The translations under genes and the position numbers were made by a program. A DNA stretch of 64,000 nucleotides from Trichosphaerium sp. ATCC 40318. Taxonomy: Eukaryota; Protista; Tubulinea. The notes beneath the pieces are model-generated. The model did no database searches, was not told where the DNA came from, and saw nothing but the letters and a program-made list of their open reading frames with translations. Position 1 is the stretch's first letter; each line of letters opens with the position of its first letter. The DNA is taken from positions 186,001 through 250,000 of the forward strand of contig JALMLS010000488.1 in NCBI GenBank assembly GCA_038496445.1. The letters run 5' to 3'. This document shows positions 50,319 to 61,349 of this stretch, in pieces.

Positions 50319-51356
50319 TCAAGGTTCTATTTTTTTCTGCTCTTTAGGTGTATTTGTCTCCCAACCGTTTCTGAGAATATTATTAATATTACTTCCAATA
50401 CCAAAAGTAGGACCAATCCTACCAATACGTGCGCCTGTTGTTCTTATATAATTACTTCTTATCAACCTTAACCTTTCTGAAACTTTTGCGTTTGGTCTGT
50501 TGTACCAATCAAGACCAAGCAAGTGGAGTGGTGATGAGACAAACTGAGCAAGCGTAGGAAGCGCAAAAGTAGCTAGTTGTAAACTTATCATAGAAGATGT
50601 TGCAATGACAAGCATTGAAGGAAGAGAGAATGAAGTAGCACATGTTATCATATCTCTTAAAGCGAAAATACCATATGTCCTTGTCGGAAGTGTACGTGGT
50701 ACACCTGTGTGGAACCACATTGAAAACATTCTATCTTGTATGACTGATCCAGGTATATTAACAGCGACCTTGTGTAAAACAATCAGTATGAGATACAAAC
50801 AGTAGAAAACTTTACAAAAAAAAAAAAAAAAACACTGTCGTTTTGGCATGTCAGTCAGTTGACTGGTACTTAAAACGACATAGAAGGGTATGAAAATGTG
50901 TATTAATACATAGAGGGTACTGTCACCGTTTTTTAAGTGCAACAGTGAAAAATAAAGAACAAAAGAAGACAAAAACTTTTCAGGAAAGTTGTTTTGGGGT
51001 TTTTTATGAAATTTATGATGTACCGTAGAAATAAATCTGGCTGTCTGTGGTGTAGTAACACTAGGGAAATACTCTGCAAATGTTGCTGCCGCATTTGCGG
51101 CCCAAAAAGTTAAAGTATAGATCCCGAAAACTAACATAAATTCTGGGCGAGAAAAGTACACTCTTGGCTTTTTAAGCATAAGTGTCCAACCTTCTACAAG
51201 ACCCGATTTGATACTTAAACGACGCCCATTAACAGCCTCTACTACCGATTTATCTATTGTAGTAACAATTGGACTAACAAACATCGCTGTAGCTGTGCCA
51301 GCCATGAAATCGATGACAGATTTGTACAGAGGCGTCTTTGTACTGTTTTCGCTCAT
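50319..51356 (-). CDS. Mitochondrial-carrier-like membrane protein (2 exons)
   Basis: DFMAGTATAMFVSPIVTTIDKSVVE, GIFALRDMITCATSFSLP, QFVSSPLHLLGLDWYNRPN and RIGPTFGIGSNIN. Intron at ~51022-50770. Confidence 0.7.
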   Translation of the reverse strand: MSENSTKTPLYKSVIDFMAGTATAMFVSPIVTTIDKSVVEAVNGRRLSIKSGLVEGWTLMLKKPRVYFSRPEFMLVFGIYTLTFWAANAAATFAEYFPSVTTPQTARFISTVHHKFHKKPQNNFPEKFLSSFVLYFSLLHLKNGDSTLYVLIHIFIPFYVVLSTSQLTDMPKRQCFFFFFCKVFYCLYLILIVLHKVAVNIPGSVIQDRMFSMWFHTGVPRTLPTRTYGIFALRDMITCATSFSLPSMLVIATSSMISLQLATFALPTLAQFVSSPLHLLGLDWYNRPNAKVSERLRLIRSNYIRTTGARIGRIGPTFGIGSNINNILRNGWETNTPKEQKKIEP

Positions 51357-52451
51357 TTCTTCTTTGTTTAAAGCTAGTTTATGCGATATAAGGTAGATAT
51401 AGGTATATTTGAGCGTCGATATCACTTATACGACGTACAGTTACCAATAAATGGAGATTAGAAAAAACGTTGACCAAAAATATGAAAAATGGGCTACAAT
51501 CACGTGCCGTAAAGAATTGTTGAAAAAACACGCAATTTTATGTAGGTGTAGTCTTTGTGATAGTTCGTCGGAGATGGCATTGATGATTTTCCCAACGAAA
51601 GACCGAAGGTTACTTACTTTTACTTATGCGTCATTGGTTTTTATACAGTTTAATCAAACTTTTGAAAGAACGGTGACACGCAATTTGAACTTTCCAAACA
51701 TGTAAAAAAAAGGTCAAAAGTAACATATGCTTTTCAGAGTGGCTACAATAGTGTGTGAGGTTGTTGTATTTAATCAAATTAAAAAAATGTGATACAAAAA
51801 AAAACTGGTGACTCCTTTCAATCACGTGGTACAAAACGATAGCTAACGACGCCTGAAATGGTAAAGCAATGATAGAAACATACAAGTGCGTTGTTTAGTG
51901 TATTTGAACACTCCAAGTATTGCTGTTTTAAGTTAATTTTGAAATAATGTAGCGCTTTATGATTTCACATTTGTATCTTTAGGGTCAGACTATGTTTAAA
52001 AAAGATAGCATCTATAAGATTACCAAGGTAGTGAGGGGTTTAAAAAAGATATTGGCAGCAGTGCACATTATCCATAAGTTGCTGCACCGTTTTCGTAGTG
52101 AAACTTTTTGCGTTTTTTGATTACTGAACACACGAGGTTCTACCTGGTTACCAAAAACGGGCATGTTGCTATATTTTGACTAAAACATAAGCTCCAGCTG
52201 ATATTGCTATCCTTATTCCGAGACTTCACGCAACTATAGTATTAGGAAACTTCACTAAAAAAAAGTCAATGCGGTGGAATGTCACAGTCTCTGTTCGTTC
52301 ACTTTGTATTTATGAACTTTATAAAGGACAAGTACACACCTAATTTTGGTCATTTCATACAAATCGTTGGCGTTGATGTGTTCTTTTCCAAATTTGGAAT
52401 CGCCAAAATTTTGATAGCCAAATACCTTCGTCACTTTCTTATTAGTTAACA

Positions 52452-53232
52452 ATGATGAAAGTATTTCTCTTTCTTTGCGTTGTCGTTGCTGTCGCTGCAC
52501 TAGATGTCCCATTCTTCGTCAAGTTTGAAGAATGCAAAAACAAGATGATCAACTCAACTGACTTCGAGGTACGTACCACTAGCCACTACAAGTAAGGCGA
52601 ATGCTAATAGTAACGGATATAGACTTTTTGCAAAGCCACACCTCAAAAGACTACTACAAAGTTTGGTACGCCTTTTTTATTGATATGTGACGTTCTAATA
52701 GTACGTTTTAGGTACCGTTGATGGTGTTGAAATGGAAGTCGTCTCTGCCGGCTTAGGAACTGTTGGTACGGCTAAGCAAAGCCTTAAAACCTCGGTGCAA
52801 CGACTGGTATTCTTACAATTCTTATTTAGCTCACCTTCAACTAAACACTGAATTTACGCCTCCATTGACCGTAAAATACTTGCCAACATCCACACGTACT
52901 GTTTTCTAGCGGTTTTCTCATCACCTAATTAAAATACAATAGTTTCTTTTGGTACACACAGACATAAGCCACATACACTACAATTGAAGGCCGTAGACGG
53001 TACAACTGTCTCCATTTCAAAGGATAAGACTCATTTCTCTGTACGTCAAAGAAAAGTTCGGCAATAGCTCTTTTTGCTAATTGTATCTTTGTAGGGTCTT
53101 TTGGAGATTCATGGTGGTACTGGTAACTTTGCTAAAGCAACTGGCTTCGTAACAGTTACTTCTACTTGCCATCCTTCTGGAAAACACTGCACTGATTACT
53201 TGACTGGTATTATTGTACTTGCTGATAACTAA
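52452..53232 (+). CDS. Secreted dirigent/allene-oxide-cyclase-fold-like protein
   Basis: Signal MMKVFLFLCVVAVAA; last exon GLLEIHGGTGNFAKATGFVTV (GGTG.F motif); about 6 exons. Confidence 0.6.
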
Positions 53233-53494
53233 ACGGTTGTCATAATAAAGCAGCATAGTGCTTCTCTAATTCCATTTTTGATTTGTTCATTGCCCAGACA
53301 TCCCCTTTGCTACTCATGAAACCTGATGGCTCAGCAACAAATTACCTCACATAATTAATCAAAGTCGAGAAAAAAAATGTCGAACAAATACAGTCATTTA
53401 CCTCGGTTACAAACCTCCTATTAAATTTGAGTTTGGTACGTACCAACACAATCGACATGTTCATTCTGACGGGCTATTATTACGCTAGCTTAAT

Positions 53495-54969
53495 GATGCA
53501 GCGTTCTCACTTACATAAAGTGTTTTAGTTGTAACTCGCTAAATACGCTGTCACTTGAGGCCTGTATGCTCATTTCAGACTTAGACGGTACTATTGTACA
53601 CTTTCCAGACCCAGCTACACGTACAAAAGCAGGGTTAGCTTCTAAAAGCCTTAAAACCGTGATACAAGCACGTTGTACATCGTTTTGACTAGTGTAATAT
53701 TAGTACAGGCAGAACGACACTTGGAATCTATTTTAGATAACGACGGTAGCGCGTCAAAGTGCTTGGTACTACCAGATTCGACCCTAGGTTTATATTTGTT
53801 TCATCGAGAATAAAATGATTAACAGAGCATAGGACATGGTCTGGTATCGCTAAAGACGCTTGATTTAATGGCAGACATTCGGAAAAAAGGAATAAAACTC
53901 ACATTAATCACAGGAGGCCGTAAATCAACTTTGATCAAGAGGTAACGCCCCGCTCTTGCGTCTTGTATTCATTTTAATAACACTTGAGCATTTTAGATTA
54001 CCTTTCTTGCCAGTAGCAGGTTCGTTTGTTATTTTCTGATTTCGCTTCTTTGTTTTTTAATGTTTGTAGACATTCTCTGCTGTGAAACAGGTGGTAGGAT
54101 ATACCACCGTATTGCAGAGGTTCCTGGTGATGCTACAGACTTTGAAAAGTACTATAAAGAAGATTTGGAATGGAGTAAAAAATTTGAGCATTTGACAGGT
54201 GATTTGAATGCCAAAGCGGAACCAAAAGATAGAGTTGGAGAGCTCTGGGACATCTTCAGATCACTTTCTAGCAACGGTATAATAGGAATAATTAAGGACT
54301 GTTTTTTTTTAACCCACGTGACTAGGATTATATGTAGATACAAGAAGTTATTGGGCTTGTATCAGAGTTGACTTGGCAAAAACTAAAAATGATAAAACAA
54401 AAGAACAAAATGAAAAAATAATCTATGACATACTTGATAAGTACCCTAATTTATCATCTGCACAGAATTTAGGTAAATATGATATTTTCCCTTCTGTAAC
54501 GGGTAAGGGTAATGCAGTAAAATATATACTCGAGAAGTATGGTATTAAAAAAGAAAACGCATTTGCAATGTTTGACGATGATAATGACTTACCAATGACT
54601 CAACACGTGCGTAACTGAATTTCAAAATTATTATACCTATCAGTAAATGAGCATCATGCATCTATAAAAAGTACAATCACAGCCTAAACTAACAATATCA
54701 CTAAGTGTTTCAGGTTTTTTTTTCATTTCGAAAAAGTGACATTGTTGGCATGTGTTTGTACTTCTTTACTGACCAGTGCCGTTCTTTTTTTGGTACTATG
54801 TATACTTATTCTAGGTATTAGGTATCACAATGTTTTGTAGTAGGTATGTATAGCGAAAGTGTAAAAGAGGCAGTTAGAAATAACAGTGATTGGTATGTTG
54901 CAAAAAAAAAAGAATGCTTTGCTGCTGAAGAAGTATTACAAAAAGTGATTGACACTATTTCTGATAAAT
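53495..54969 (+). CDS. HAD-superfamily hydrolase, subfamily IIB (Cof-like)
   Basis: ISDLDGT (motif I), LITGGR, CETGG, DIFPSVTGKGNAV, AMFDDDNDLPM (motif IV). The start is approximate. Confidence 0.85.
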
Positions 54970-55108
54970 AAAAACGTGAATTACCAGTTAAAATATGCGA
55001 ATAGTATAGTACCAATTTTGCATTTATTTGAAGACCATTGATGAAACAAAAAGAGTTGAAGACGTTTCGTCAAACAGTTATTTTGAAAAAAAAAATAAAA
55101 AAACCAAA

Positions 55109-56297
55109 TCAAAATGGCATCCACTCCCCTTCATTCCCTTTACTATCTTTATCATCACTAGCACTCCTAAAAAAATATACGTATTAGATGCATAGTAATA
55201 GACAAAGGGGGTTTTCGTTAACGGGGTTAAGTAACTTACTGAAAACTTGTCCAATCTGCTGCGTCAACATCAGCAGAGTTTACTGTTGTATCGAAATTTT
55301 CAAAAGGATTAATTAAAGTCTTTGCTGCTGGATTACTTGTAGCAGGTGGACCTCCTGATCGCGCTGATGTCACGTGAGGAATAGAAGGCGGTGGTGAAAT
55401 TTTAGGTGGGCTATTAGTAGATGATGGTGGAGGTGCTATCATCCCAGGTTTTAATAAAGGTTGAGGTTCATCATTTTTTTTAATCGCTTTTTTCTTAGAT
55501 GTTTTGATACCCTTTAAAAAAAGACATGTCAGCAAAATACTATACCCAATCTATGATACAAACCACCCATTTAGAGCCTAGAAAAAGGGAGAAGGCTTTT
55601 TGAAAGAATTTTTTTTGTCTGGAGAACAGAAAACGTGCCTTGAAATTAATGTGAATTTTTTCGCCTTCTGGAATTTGTAAGTTTAGGTCTCCAAGGTTTT
55701 CAAATGTCTTTCTTGCTTCTTCTTTGTTTACAAGGTATTTTCTGTGATCATCTAGCGTAGCTTTAAAGTCGTATGCCTGAAATTAATAACGTCAGTTAGT
55801 TGTAGTGGTTCTTTCGCGTGCCGTTGGTTTTAGTGAGAATCCTAAGCCTATGAACGCGCGTCGGCCACTTGCTAGATGGCGTTAGTTGGGTTTTATTTGA
55901 AAACGTAGATTTTAGCTAAGCGTTACCTGGGTCTTCTATTGTGAGTACGAAGAAGCGGCTGGAATCAATCGCAGCTTCAACCGAGTGTTCATTTACTTTA
56001 CATTCCGCAAAGAGTTTGTCTACGCATCAGTGAGCGTAGGGAATACATACGAGTGGAGTTTTTACCGCTTTTTGCTTCAAGCAGCCGAATATAGGCTACG
56101 TCTTCTCTTTCTACGATCCTACACCTCCCAGTCCATAGGAAGGCTGCTATATTCCAGTCCGCGGCCTTATGACCGAGTGCTGATTTACGTGGTGGTATAT
56201 TATAAACAAAACACTCGTCTAAATCCGTTAGAGGATATGTAGCATTTAAATGGAACAAACCTAATTCGCAAAGCTGCCTTTCGATAACATCTTCCAT
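55109..56297 (-). CDS. NECAP: NECAP (adaptin ear-binding coat-associated protein)
   Basis: ECFVYNIPPRKSALGHKAADW...WTGR, DSSRFFVLTIED, AFIGLGF...AYDF; C-terminal WxxF motifs (DWTSF, EWMPF). Confidence 0.92.
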
Positions 56298-56494
56298 ACT
56301 TTACAGTATTTAGCTACTCTTTCGCGTTATTACAGTGTTACTAGTTAAATTATTGCTTACTCTTTCAGTTTTGTATTCTAGTGAAATGATTGACTTTTTT
56401 TTTTCACGTTTTACAGAACAAAACGTCGCGACCTGTTTATGAAAATCTTGGAAATTTTTTTTTATGTAACAACTTTTTTGTTTACAAAATACTG

Positions 56495-58818
56495 TCATAT
56501 CCATTTATAGTCTTTGATTATCATGACCATACCCCAAAAAGCAACGACAAGCTATAATAAAAAAGGTTAAAAGTCATTTGAAAATGGAATAGTTTGCTGT
56601 TTAGGTAATAGTTGACTTGTACTTACGGCAATGACAGATCCACTTGCCCATGATGCGCTTCTCAAAGGTTGCATTTCAATATAAAATCCTATGGTATGTA
56701 CTACCCTTGTAATTGAATATGATATGATGAGAACCTACAAAGAGAGTAGAATGTTAGAAACTTATTTCATATTTTTTTTATGTGCTTACGCATAACGCAA
56801 TAGAATCTTTATCACCCCAAAAAGCTAGAACAGATGCAAATAAAAATATAATAAAGCTTTCAATATCATTGCGTTCAATATTACGAACTTTCTGAATTGC
56901 AGGTGTTTCTTCCATACTGTGAATAAAAATTGGTTAGTTATAATCCAAGAAAAAAAGAAGAAAAAAAAAAGAGTTTGTTGTAATGCTTCTTACACATCTA
57001 GTGCTCCTTTCGCGTATCCGTTGATGCGCATGAGTACATCATTTACAACAATGAACTTTAAAATTAAGAAAAACCAGCACCAAGCATATGTAGCTGCTAC
57101 AACACTTGCACTAGAAGCCAGAATAGCTCCCCAAAAAACAAACGAAAGCTACAATTTTTTTTAGTTATGACAAGTAAAAAACAATGAAGCTCTGCGTACC
57201 TCAACAGCTTCGCTTGCCCATGATACAAATACAGCGTACTGATGAAATTTTATACCAAGTAGTGTATATACAATACGGAAAGTAGTGAACAAGGCAATGT
57301 AAATAGCTGCAGCCCAGCTTGTTTTGTTTCCATCTAGATCACTTAGTATTATTCACAACAAAAAGGAGAGATCAAGTGACACTCTGTTGTTCTTCGTACT
57401 TATACTCCATATTGTGCAACCGATAAAGAAAGGTAACATTGAAGCTTAAGGGTTAAGGTAAGTAGTCTTCTTGATTAACAACTTTAATATGGTACCTATA
57501 TGATTACGGTGAAGCAGTTGCCATCTTTCAAGACGCTCCTCAGCTTCTTTCTCAAATAATCCCTAATAGAAACACTAAGCGACTATTTTTGATGGCGGCA
57601 GTACCTCTTCATTTGTTGGCTGTGGTGTTGATGCATCCAAAGGAACTTGTTCCTCATCATCCTCTGGAGGTAGAACAACCTTTGGTGGACCTTTAAGAAC
57701 CTTTTTGCCATCTTCGGGAGCTGCCTATTGCAGAACTTAGTATTAGGCTCGAAGCACAAGTTTGTTGTTAAGTACAGGTTTTGAGGCGCGTCCACGAGAG
57801 ATGCCAGTAGCGACTGAAGTAGCTATGAGAACACCAATCAAGACTACTGTTGCTATTGCCCATGACTCTCTAAAAGTACGGAACTCATCATTTTTAATCA
57901 GAAAAGCTTCTACTAATCCCCATACTGCCAAGACTAGCTAACAATAAAACGTCAAATGCGCAAGCAACAAAAAAAAAAGGACTACTAATGTTGTTTTTAT
58001 AAAACCACCATACCGTTGCAAGCACGCTCACAGCCCAGGAGATAGACCTATACGGCTGCTTAGCAAATGCATAGCAAGCCGTATATATGGTTCTAGCTAC
58101 AGTATAAAGCACGAAGAGCACAACCTAGAGTTCACTTAATAACCGAAAAACCATAAATAAAAATCAGTAATTTCACGCACTCCAGCGTCTCTGTCACGTT
58201 CTTGGCGTTGTTTGGCGCTTAACAAGAAAATAAAGGAAGCCATAAAGAAGGGCAAATAGCTCTCAACATCATTTCGTGCTATATTAGAAGCACGTTGCGC
58301 AGTAGTCATTTTTGTTTTCCCAGCAATTAGAGCTTGAGTCTAAATTGATAGGTGAGCACGTGGACAAAAATCAAGAAGAAAACTAGAGTTTAGCAGCGCA
58401 AGAAAATGTGACAATGAGTTTGTAAGATTATTGTGGTTACAGCCTCGTTGGCTGTTAAGCGAAAATCGCGAAAATATGAGACACAAGAGAAGACAGTGTT
58501 GAGTTGTTCTACGCGTGTTTAAAATCGCGTGTCAAAAAAAAGTGGCAGGAAAATTTTTTTTTGCTCAGTTTCAGCAATACAACAAACTACTGTGCTTTTG
58601 AGCTGTTTGGAATGTATTGTGGTGATTATTAGCGATGTTGGGCGTACTTGGGCGTTTGCATCTCCAGACTCTGTATCACCATCACTTGTCGCTTGTTGAT
58701 GGTATTGCGCATGTTTTACCTTTGAAATAACTTCCAGAATCAAAACAGCTATCATGTTAATCAATAGTACGATAACGCACATGGCGAATATCTCCACACC
58801 ATCAGAGAGTATTTCCAT
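56495..58818 (-). CDS. Protein with three tandem MAPEG (MGST1/mPGES-like) domains
   Basis: Three motif sets: RASNIARNDVES..PF / ARTIYT / QPYRSISW; RWQLLHRNHIASMLPF / FRIVYT; KVRNIERNDIES / TRVVHT / QPLRSASW. Domain junctions are continuous within exons. Confidence 0.8.
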
Positions 58819-59613
58819 GTCTGTAGAGTATGTAGCAATGATACAAACAGACTTAAACTAAAAAAAAAGTTAAGTAAACTCTTCAAATAGTCCGCGGTAA
58901 AACTAATTAACCAAGTGGCCATGTCACTAATTACATTAGCACAAAACACAACATACATCCGGTAGAGACCTTAAAACGTGGGACGAGATGCAGAGGTTTC
59001 GTAGCAGATGTCCAAATCGCAGGTAAAATCCTATGGATACTGGTCATTTGCACGAAATTTACGGAAGTAAAAATCCACCTACTGTGTACAGTGAGCGTAT
59101 ACAACCTTCGCTTGGTTACGAAGTCATATCTACCGATCTCATCAAGTGTTTATTGGAATATATGTGAACAATCTCACTGGGACCAGGAACTATGGAAACT
59201 GTGAACAAACAGATGTTACGTTTTTGGATCGATAGTGTATCCGCCACAAAATGTTAAAGGCTGCATTTCCTGTTCAAATTCTAAGGCCTGAAGAACAAGG
59301 TCTTTCTTCCGAAACATTCCTTTTTTGGTTCACTCAAGGTCATTAACTTTGTTGACCTACATAAAGCCTACAAAGAAACATTAATTGTCTGCGGCTGAAC
59401 TCTGGTCGTATTTGCGTGTCTGTACAATGAATATAACTTTCGTGGCTAAATGTACTACAAGTATACTTGTACAGTGTTTGCTCTTACGTAATTATAGTGC
59501 TACTGTGCTTTATAGTACTTCTAACAATATGTGGCCGTTATGCCACTCTCATCTTGGGCATCGGTTATCTCCTTACTCAAAAACCGCTTAAATTGCGTTA
59601 TTTTCCGAATAGA

Positions 59614-61139
59614 ATGATTTTGGTTGTTTTGTTTATTGTAGCGACGTTTATGCTGTCTACATCGATCACATCTTCTCCACAGCGCACCCTTACGCGTGTA
59701 CGTAGAAGAATTACCTTAAGTAGTTTTTAAAGATGACATTTGCTGCAGAAACACAAACCACGTACTCCAAACACGCTCAGTGTTGTTGTGGCGTATCAGG
59801 GACATGATAAAAATTCTGATACCATTTCACGCTTTCAGTTGTTTATAAATATGCTCGCTTACCATTCAAATGAGCGTGGAGCAACGTATGATGAAGTTAA
59901 TATCCTTTTTGAAATTATTTACCTTGCGTTTAGTGTAGAATTAATTGTAGTGGACTGGACGCCACGAACAGAATCTAAGACTCTAGTAGAATCACTGACG
60001 CTTCCTAAATCTTTGCGGAGCGCGAATTTCATTACTGTTCCAGCGTCAGTCTACACTAAGGCTGTTGACAATAAGAACTTGAGAGAATACGTAGCAAAGA
60101 ACATTGGTGCTAGACGCGCAACTGTACGATAGAAAACAAACTTTTTGGTTGTTTTCCGACAAACTGTTAAAATAAGTGATAGGGTGACTGGATTTTATTC
60201 ACTAATCCAAGCAATGTATGGTCAGCAGTTACTTGGGATCAATTGGCAAATCTTAAGAGGTAAGGTTACAGTAGGATTATGTTATTCTCGCTTTTTGTTG
60301 ATCTTTTTTGTTGAACTTTTTTTTCTCTTCTTTGTATAACATGCTCTTTAGCTTGAAAAAGGATGAAGTTTATCTGATGCGTCCTACTGAAGTTATTACA
60401 GATTCAACCCTCTTTACAAAAGATGTTTCTGGCGTAGAAACATTTTTGAGTAAGAATGTTGATAATCCAAAAATGGCAAGATTGCAACGCTCAGAGTTTT
60501 TTTCAAAAACTTGGTTGTCCTTCAAGTTTCTCGTTTACCGAGCAGTCTTTGATTATTATTTTACTGCACACCTACCATATTATCGGCCAAGCAGTGATTT
60601 TATGCTTGTACATCACAACGTATGACGCTTTTTAGTTTTTTATTTTGAGATTGCTTTTTTAACATTTGTACTTTGCAGGCGTTTTTTGAGCTCCGTGGTT
60701 TCGATGAAGAGTTACATGGGCCTTATACACAATGGAATACTGTATTTATATGCAAGGCAATGGCTTTTGGACTAAAGCAGGTGTGTCAAATACCTAACAA
60801 CTTTATATTTTCGCTATGTTCTGTAAACTGTTATGTGATTGGTAATGGTTTCTAGGTTATATGGAATACTCCTAATAGAATGTATCACATTGATGGAGAA
60901 CCACTCACAAAGCAGTCACCAGATTGTACGCCAATTAGATAGATAGAAACATCAGATCTGTCAATGCCTTACATCATTTTCTTTTAATATTTGTTGTAGC
61001 CTCTGTTAGAAATCGTTTGTGTAGTAAAATGCTGGGCAACCGTGATCCGTTTATTAAAAAAACTGAGAGCGAGTGGGGTTTACCATACAGTTCCTTTACA
61101 AACGTAAAATTTGAAAACGGTGTAAAAGTACCTGCATAA
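59614..61139 (+). CDS. Type-II membrane GT-A fold (GT2-like) glycosyltransferase
   Basis: N-terminal TM; LSVVVAY; VELIVVDW; EYVAKNIGARRAT|GDWILFTN; SDFMLVH; RGFDE. The start is approximate. Confidence 0.7.
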
Positions 61140-61349
61140 TGAGATTGCTAACATTGAAAAAAAATATGAAAAAAAAAAACCTGTAAATAAAAATCCGTCA
61201 CGAACTCCTCGTTTTTGTGTATGCAAACATTCTTTGTTATGTAGCTTTCGGACATCTATTATCAGAATGCGCTCACTTAATTATCGCGCGTTTAAGCAGT
61301 AATCGGTTTTTGTTTTAAACAGTTTTTAGAATATCACAAAGGCTGTACA

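Noticed and set aside
53668-53708. Additional GC-AG intron in the HAD gene
   Set aside because: An alternative GT-AG model also preserves the frame, so it is ambiguous and was not counted.
58920-59400. Coding-like intergenic stretch between the MAPEG and GT genes
   Set aside because: No consistent spliced frame or motif could be built.
59899-59933. ATATCCTT as an AT-AC U12 donor
   Set aside because: It lies inside an ordinary GTATGA...TTTAG intron, and no frame-preserving AC acceptor is needed.
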